Shown: positions 55,601-64,000 of the stretch, one piece after another
How positions within the stretch are numbered: position 1 is the first letter of the stretch
Layout of the letters: each line of letters begins with the position of its first letter
Assembly: GCF_009914755.1 (NCBI RefSeq)
Contig: NC_060934.1
Strand: one strand, 5' to 3'
DNA length: 64,000 bases
Source: the human T2T-CHM13v2.0 reference genome, Homo sapiens
Notes under the pieces: model-generated
What the model was told of the DNA's origin: nothing
What the model saw: only the letters and a program-made list of their open reading frames with translations
The model's database searches: none
Position numbers and translations under genes: made by a program

Positions 55601-57350
55601 AAGAACTTAACCCGATCTCCAATCTTTAAAGAAAAAAGGGGGTAAATACACAGAAGGATTGTTTACCCCGGACAGGGCAAGGAAGCCCGGTATGACGACG
55701 TAGGCCATTGCCAGCAGCCTCCACCACGAGCACGCAGAGCGGGGATTTCTACGAAAAATTCCTCCTCTTCCCTATAAAATCCTAAACGTGGGGTCCTCTG
55801 CAGCCAACTGCCGCTTGGGCCGCCTCCGGAAAAAGTACCGGGCGGGGGGAGGGGGGACAACCACAAACACTCGCGCGCACACGCTCACTCCGTGTCCGCG
55901 ACCGTCGTCGCCGGCGGAAAGCGAGCCACGGGAGGGAGTGTGTGCGCGCGTGTGTGTCTCGGCGCGGCCCGCGGTGACCGAGCTGAGCTCTTGGGCCCGC
56001 GGCCTCCGAGCCCCAGGGCGCGGCGTGGGCTGCAGGCGACCCGCCACGCCGCTGGGCCTCCCGCGGGAGAAAGGCCCAGGCACGCCCCGGCTCCCGCGCG
56101 CCTCTGCCCAACTCGCCCGGGGCGCTGGGGGCAGCGCGAGGGAGAGAAAGAAAGGCGCTTCCCCTCGGCCGCGCGGGGCCGTCCGGCGCCGCGGAGGGCT
56201 GGGAGGAGGAGGAACCGCGGCGGCCCGGCTGTCCCTGCGCCGCACCGGGTCCCTGCCGCCCGGGGCGCGCCCTAGCCAGCCCCTCCTGCTAAACTTTTTC
56301 TTTTTGATTCGCCCCACCCGAAAAGTGCGGCCCGGGCGGGGAAGGTGGGGGAGGCGGGCGGGCCGGGCTCCCGGCGGCGGCGGGCGAGGAGGAAGTGGTG
56401 CCCGCGGGAGCGCGGCCGGGCAGAGGAAATGCCCGGCCCGCCCGGCCCCCGCCCGCGCCCGCCGCCCGGCCCGCCCAGGCCCCCCGCCCCGCCGCGACTT
56501 TGGCGGGCCGAGCCCCGCGCGGCAGTGGCGGCGGCGGCAGCGGCAGCAGATGTGGCCCGGCTGCCCGGAGGAGCCAACAATGCGGGGCCGGCAAAACAAA
56601 AGGGTTCCACTTCGCCTCCTTTCCCGTCTTTCACTTGCGCTCCCGGGGAGCCGCGCGGGATCCCCCGCCGGCAGGGGCAGCGCCCCTGGGGACCGAGAGC
56701 CGCTCACGCCCCGACTTCCCCACGGAACCCCTCTTCTCCGCGCCCCCCCCACCCTCGCCTCGTAGGCGCAAGGCCCGCCGCACCCCGGCGCGCTCGGACT
56801 CCTGTTCCCCGGAGATCCGGCCGTATTGTCCCCGCGGCGCGTCGCGCGCTCGGCCTGGGTCGCCGGCGGCCCCCGGGCGCGCACCCACCGGGCTCAGGGA
56901 GCAGGAGCCGGGGGCGCCCAGGGAACCGTCGCCGAGACGCCGCCGCCGCCGCCGCCGCTGCCCTCCGGACGCCGCCGCGCTCGGGGTTTCTTTTTTTTTT
57001 TTTTTCAACCCTGATGGGAAGGAAGGTGACCGCCTACTTCGCATTCATCAACTCTCATCACAACAACAAAAATCCTGGCGCAAACGGCGGCCAGCGGGCG
57101 CAATCGGTGGCGGGGGCGGGCGGGGACCCCCGAGCCAGCGTCCACCCCCGGGCGCCGAGGGGGGACACGAGGCCGGGGGCACGGACCAAAGATGTCCTCG
57201 GATGCCGGCTCCGCGTCCTTCGCCCTCTTCCTCCTCCTCCTCCTCCTCCCTGAGTGGCGCAGTGAGGCGCGGGCGCGGCGCCCCCAGCCCGCGGCCGCAG
57301 GTGAGGCGGGGGCGGCGGCGGCCCCAGCCCTCCCCCGGGGCCCCCCTTAC

Positions 57351-57595
57351 CTCGTCCCGGACGGTCGGCGTCCACGGCGAAAGGCGCCCACCCTGGAGGC
57401 GGCGGCGGCGGCGTCTCCCGCCCCTCCCACCCCACCCGGCGGCGGTGGCGGTGGCGGCGGCTGTGCGGCCCCCCCTCAGCGCGGCATGGCTCCCGGTTCG
57501 GTCCCTCGCTCCTCGGGCCGCCGCCGGCTCCTCCGGGCCGCTCCCGAGCCACCTTAAAATGACACACGCACACAGGGACACACACACAAAAACTT
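57351..57595 (-). other. CTBP2: CTBP2 non-coding first exon (proximal); TSS approximate
   Basis: Donor GAG|GTAAGG at 57351/57350 inside the CpG island. The exon 3' end GCCGACCGTCCGGGACGAG matches the recalled mRNA sequence preceding exon 2. Confidence 0.8.
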
Positions 57596-57858
57596 AATCT
57601 CTCCAGCTCCCCGCCCCTCCCCCTCCCGCCCTCCCCACCCTCCCTCCGCTCCCCTCCCCTCCCCACCCTACCCCTCCCTTCCCTTCCACCTCCTCCCCTC
57701 GCCGCCGAGCCTCTTCCTACTTCCCCACCCACCCCACCCCCTTCCTCCGCCCACCCGGTTCCCAATTCCCCCCGCGTCCCGGCCCCGCGCCCTCCCGCCC
57801 GCCGAGAGGGGGCTGCGCTGGGGGTCCCCGGCCCGGGCCCGCCCCGCGCCGCGCTCAC

Positions 57859-58100
57859 CCCCGAGAGGATGCTAATTCCAACTTGGATCGGGGGAGGGAA
57901 CGTCCTGGATGCCGAGCGCCTCCCGGCTATTTGCTCTTCTTTATTTGTTTTCTCCTCCGGGGAAGGAGAAGGAAAACGGAGAGAAAAGGAAAGGAAAGAA
58001 GCGGCGCTGGCCGCAGCTCCCGGTACCCGCTGGCTGCGCAGGAGCTAGGCGGGAGGCGAGGTGAGGGTCGCCGCTCGCTCACTCCTCGCTCCTGTTTTTG
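57859..58100 (-). other. CTBP2: CTBP2 alternative non-coding first exon; TSS approximate
   Basis: Minus-strand donor TCTCGGGG|GTGAGC at 57859/57858. GC box (58116-58121) and CCAAT (58137-58141) lie just upstream. Confidence 0.65.
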
Positions 58101-60140
58101 GGGGGGGGGGGCAAAGGCGGGGTCTCTTTTTGCAAACCAATGACACAACCCCACATGGGCCGGCCTCGCCCCCTTCAGATACTCCTCACTACAAATCGGC
58201 TCTCTCGGGGGATTAGTGGCTCCGCGAAAGTGCACACAAGCGCGGCGGGCGGGAGGGCCAGGGGCCGGGCGCGGCGGGCACTCCCTAGCCCGGCCCCGCC
58301 CGGGAGGCCCTCGGGAGGCGCGGGGGCCTCGGTGGCAGGGGCCGAGGTCCTGTCGCGGTGGCTCGGGGTCCGCTGCTCCCCTGGCCCTTCATCCTCCTCC
58401 GCCCCTTCCACGTGGGGTACCGGGCAGCCGGCCACGTGGGGGAACGCGAGCCCCGGGTGGCCCCGGTCCCATGGGGCCCCGCCCAGCCAGCGGCGCCGAC
58501 CAGCCCCCTTCCCGGCCCCCGGGCTCCAACTTCCTCCTGGTGCCCCGCACCGGCCGCTTCTGCCTTCTCAGGCCCGCGGGGTCAGGCGCGGGCCGGCCAC
58601 AGGGGGCACTTGCGCTCCCCAAATCCAGATCCGGGAGACCGTGCCGGAGAGGCGGCGACCGCTGTGGGTGCGCAGGGAAGGGCCCTCTGTGCTGCAAGTT
58701 GCAGCAGTGCTGTGCCCTAAAAGAAGCAAAACATTCTTACACATTGAAAAAAAAAAAAAAGGTTCCCTCTTGCTGCCTGGATCTCGCCGGGGCATTTGAG
58801 AAGCCCTGTGTTGGGTCGGAGCCCCGGGTTTCGAGGAGGGAGGCGCGCTGCGGCGTGGGGGCCCGCGACTCGGGGTCCTGGGCTTGCGCGGCGGCCCGGA
58901 GCCCACGCCGTCCTGACGTCTCAAGGTTGGAGTCTGCACAGCGAGCCTGGGAATCCAGGCCCAGCGGCCGCTCGCGGCCCAACGAGCACCTGGGCTAAAT
59001 TCCCCGCCCGTGACCCGCGACGTCCGAGCGCCGTCTCCGGAAGGGAGCTGGTGGCCGTGGAGTGTGGGGTCTTCTCCCTGCGCCCCAGGGCCCCCCAAAC
59101 TCTTCTCACTACCCTGAGTTCGGCGTGCGTCCTCCAAGAATCCCTGGGTGGGCTGAACTGAGCCCTTAGGATCGATTTGTTTAAAAACCCTATTGAGATA
59201 TTAGGAGCTGGATTGAGATGTCGAGCAGGAAAGGAGTGGGAGGGGTCTGAGGTCCCGCCTTTGGAGGCCGCAGGGACCGCCATTCCGCGAACCCAGCCGC
59301 GCGGTGTGGTCTCCTCCATCCCTGAGTGCCCCGCGCCCTGCAGAGCCGAGGAAACTTACAGCCAGGGCCAGGGGGCCGGAGGAGAGGCCACCGAGCTGCA
59401 CGACCCTTTTCTGCATCCCAAAGAGCGTTGCTCCAGGCCTCCCAGTCTTCATTAAACATTTCTTAAATCCTGCCCCAGCCCGCCGCGGGGCTTGTTTGCC
59501 AAAGCGCACCAGGTGCGTTGCGGCCTGAGCGGCCTGCAGTGGAGGGGCCGGGACTATCGAAGATTGCTTAATCACTCAACAAGATTTTAAAACGTGATTG
59601 AAGACCGCCTACCTGTGAGGGCAGCGCCGACCAGGCTTTTCTTGCCCGCTAGTCCACGTAATGCGGTCGCTAAGAAGCCCGCAGCAGGGTTTTCGCGTGA
59701 CCTTCATAGGGCCTGGCCAGGCCAGCTGAGGGGCGCGCCGGGCTGCGCTTCCATCGAGGAACCTCCGCACATGCAATCACGGTTGTCTCGTCTTCTGGCA
59801 ACCCTGGATCTCCACAAACTGATCTTCAGGGTGCTTCTCTCTTCAGCAGTTTTGCCTCAAGGGCATGGCGCCTCAGCTAGTTTTTGGCTGTAAACAAACC
59901 GCGGCCACCGCCAGGCTACCGGGTTACCAGTACCTGTTCTTCGGAGTTTCTTAGGCATAAACTATAAGAACTACAAATAAAGATTTTCTGCTTCCTTATT
60001 TCACAGAAGTCTTTGGTTCTGAGTGGTCTTCTTTTCTCAGGAAGAAACCACAAAAAGCCTGATTTTCCATATCACTCCTTCACTTTCACGTGTTCTATAA
60101 ATTTGAATTCTGACTTAGAAAGTATTACTAACATGTTCTT

Positions 60141-60755
<615 letters not shown>

Positions 60756-60914
60756 GAGAAAGTATTATTAATATATTATTTGTTTTGAAGACATTAAAAG
60801 CAAGGCATCCTGAGAGCTGAAAAGTATTTCTCACTTCACTTTACCTGCATTTTAAAATATGGAGCTCATTTGCCCCCAACATGTGAATTATTTCATACTA
60901 TTTTTTTTAAGATG

Positions 60915-61153
60915 TTGCAAACAAAAAACCCAATTCAAAAATGGCCAAAGACTCAATAGGCATTTCTCCAAGGAAGGTAGACAAATGGCCAACGGCCAGT
61001 AAGCACATGAAAAGATGGTTGGCCTCACTGGTCATTAGAGACATGCAAATCAAAACCACGATAAGTTACTACTTCATGTCCACCGGGATGTCTTTTATCA
61101 ACAAAAGAGAAAAAAACGTGTATTGAGGAGGATGTGGAGAAATGGGAACCCTT
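60915..61153 (+). mobile_element. L1M ORF2 3' fragment
   Basis: aacccaattcaaaaatggccaaagactcaataggcatttctccaagg…aagcacatgaaaagatg…atgcaaatcaaaaccac…gaggatgtggagaaatgggaaccct. Confidence 0.85.
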
Positions 61154-61554
<401 letters not shown>

Positions 61555-62121
61555 TTATACCTCCTCGGGAGCACTTCTGATGTCTGTAGGAACCCAGGGG
61601 CTGAAAAAGGCCCGTGGGACCGGCCTGCGGCTGCATCACAGCCTGCCTCCCCCGCTACAATCAAAGACCTCTAACCGAGGTTCTTATTTCTCAGCTTCCT
61701 ATCTTTCCTATTTCATTTCCAGGAACCAATGGTTGTAGAAAAAAAAGATAGTGGCCCTAGATAATGGTGGGTCCTTTTATCGGAACTGTTTTGTGCAATA
61801 AAATGGACTAGTTGTGTGCACTTGAGTATTTCAAGGGTCTGTGCAGCGAGAGTTACTGGGAGTTGGACTTAACTGTATTGTTACTCACCTATCTCTGTTA
61901 TTCAGGGTTCAGCTCACTTCAGAACCGCAATTATCTGAAGCTCTCAGTTGCTGTCCTCAGTGGATGTGGGAATTTTGTTGCAATGTTTTATAGAATAACA
62001 GTGCTCTCTTTGGCTATAATATAATCACTATGTGATTCATAATTAATTCTAATCAGTGAATACATATTGCTTTTATAGATGCCATGGCCCTTTCCAACTA
62101 TGCATTGAAAATCCTAGGCTC

Positions 62122-62508
<387 letters not shown>

Positions 62509-62514
62509 TTAAAT

Positions 62515-62538
62515 ACACACACACACACACACACACAC
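62515..62538. repeat. (AC)12 microsatellite
   Basis: Direct reading. Confidence 0.95.
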
Positions 62539-62896
62539 TCTCACTGCCTGAGTCCTTTGAAAAACAGTGACTACAGTCCTAGGAAAACAAAAGCAAACAT
62601 GTTGATCTACAGACACAAGTGAATCTGTATTGTAACATCTAGAAGAAATCAGCAAACATACCACGCAACTACTACTCAACAAACATTGAAGGAAGGTCTG
62701 TGCCGTTCCTGGCCCAGGCTGGACCCTGGGTACAGAGATTAACCCCAGCTGGTCACTATCTCCAAGGAGAGAGCATCCCAGGGAAACTGCATTAGCTCAA
62801 GTATTATCTCATTTAAGCCTCATAATACTGTGAGGTAGGGATTAAGATTCCACAGTTATCTGTGGGAAAGGTGAAACTCCCAGAAAGATTAGGTAC

Positions 62897-63186
62897 TGAG
62901 CCTGGCTTCCCGGGCATGTGACCCTATGCTCAAAAGGGAGAACTTGGCTCTGCTGTCACCATCTTAAAAATGTTTTATGAAATTTTTAATTTTTTGTAGA
63001 GATGAGGTCTTGCTATGTTGCCCAGGCTGCTCTTGAACTCCTGGCCTCAAGTGATCCTCCTACCTCGGCCTCCCAATGTGTTGAGATTGCAGGCGTGAGC
63101 CACTGGGCCCGGACTTAATAATTTTGAACAAGGGGCTTTGCATCTTCGTTTTGCACCGGGCCTCACAAACTGTATAGCTGGTTCTG
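62897..63186 (+). mobile_element. MER45A-like (hAT-Tip100) element interrupted by a minus-strand Alu monomer (FLAM-like, ~62982-63112)
   Basis: gctctgctgtcaccatcttaaaa [Alu monomer] cttaataattttgaacaaggggc…ttttgcaccgggcctcacaaactgtatagctggttctg matches my recall of MER45A. Confidence 0.7.
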
Positions 63187-63671
63187 ATTACATTCATTTA
63201 GATTAAAAAGGCCGCATCCTTGCACCATAGAACACAAAGTGGTAAAGCCAAGCAGTCTTCATTATCAGCCCATGGAGTCACATAGGAACCAACATGAGTC
63301 TAAGAAGTCCCCTGGCCTCTCACTAGGCCACCGCCTTGCATGTACAGTGCTGAGTCCACCCATGGAATGTTAATTTTCCTATGCTGCAGCAGGGCAGGCC
63401 CGTGACATGCAGACCTCAGACACATCAGCAATGGTAACTAAGGCTGGAGTCATGCAGGCTACTGACTCAGTGGGGCCAGTAGTGAGGCCACGATGGGATT
63501 ACTGCTGAGAATGACCAAGCATGGGACAGAGATGGAATGGCAGCCTCCCGGGAGCTGCTGCACACGGAGGAAAGAGCTCCATTATCATAGGAAACGATTC
63601 GGCTCCAACCAGAATTAGCTTTATGGTCAAAAGCTCCTGAAATCGGGGTCTGCTGGGTACTGAGCGCGTCA

Positions 63672-64000
63672 GGCTCTACAGAGTGAAGACTTAAATCCAA
63701 GGTCATGGCCAGACATCTGGAGTTCATCGCCAGGACTGTGATGGCACAGGAAGGGAATGTGGAAAGCGCACACAGGACCCTAAACAGAATCCTAACTATG
63801 GATGGGCTCATTGAGGACATTAGGCGTCGGCGGTATTGTGAGAAGCCATGCCACCGGCTGCAGAGGGAAAGCTATGAGAGGTGCCGGCTGATCTATAGCA
63901 CGGAAATGGCTCGCAATATCAACTTCTTGATGTAAAAGAATTGGGCAGATCTCTGGCAGGGCTGCTGAGGCCTGTGGATGGGACACCCAGTGTGAAACCC
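63672..64000 (+). pseudogene. MRPS21P6: Processed pseudogene of mitochondrial ribosomal protein S21 (probably MRPS21P6); runs off window end
   Basis: Intronless frame 63705-63968 reads [86 protein letters not shown]. It is colinear with 87-aa MRPS21 but has a premature TAA at 63933-63935. UTR-like flanks are present. The P6 number is from memory of the locus. Confidence 0.9.

Larger units (their letters stand above)
55690..59930. promoter_or_regulatory. CTBP2: Large CpG island / CTBP2 multi-TSS promoter
   Basis: About 4.2 kb of very GC-rich, CpG-dense sequence with many GGGCGG boxes, (GCC)n and (CCT)n runs. Contains the first-exon splice donors. Confidence 0.92.

Noticed and set aside
55772-58998. 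Many long overlapping ORFs (230-400 aa) on both strands
   Set aside because: Low-complexity R/G/P/A translations caused by stop-codon scarcity in a CpG island; no recognisable domain.

Overview
Primate (human or great ape) genomic DNA, not prokaryotic. I recognise it as the 5' end of CTBP2, transcribed on the minus strand. A large promoter CpG island (~55.7-59.9 kb) holds alternative non-coding first exons. A ~49-kb first intron separates it from a 104-nt non-coding exon 2 (8023-8126) carrying two overlapping uORFs; the CTBP2 CDS lies outside the window to the left. A processed MRPS21 pseudogene sits at the right end on the + strand. The rest is intron with many Alu, L1, MIR/L2, MER and MLT fragments and a second intronic CpG island (~48.2-49.6 kb). 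No intact protein-coding gene is supported; the long ORFs in the track arise from GC-rich, Alu or tandem-repeat sequence. The most unusual element is a non-Alu inverted repeat (176-bp arms, 175/176 identical, 79-bp spacer, 47638-48068) next to the intronic CpG island. It would fold into a fully paired dsRNA stem in the CTBP2-sense RNA. Other oddities are a templated insertion inside an Alu copied from 1.3 kb away, a target site hit twice by Alu, a tail-to-tail inverted Alu pair, an 11-bp minisatellite with 66-bp higher-order structure and a candidate 3-nt microexon. Gene identity rests on my recall of the mRNA sequence, and repeat subfamily calls are by eye.
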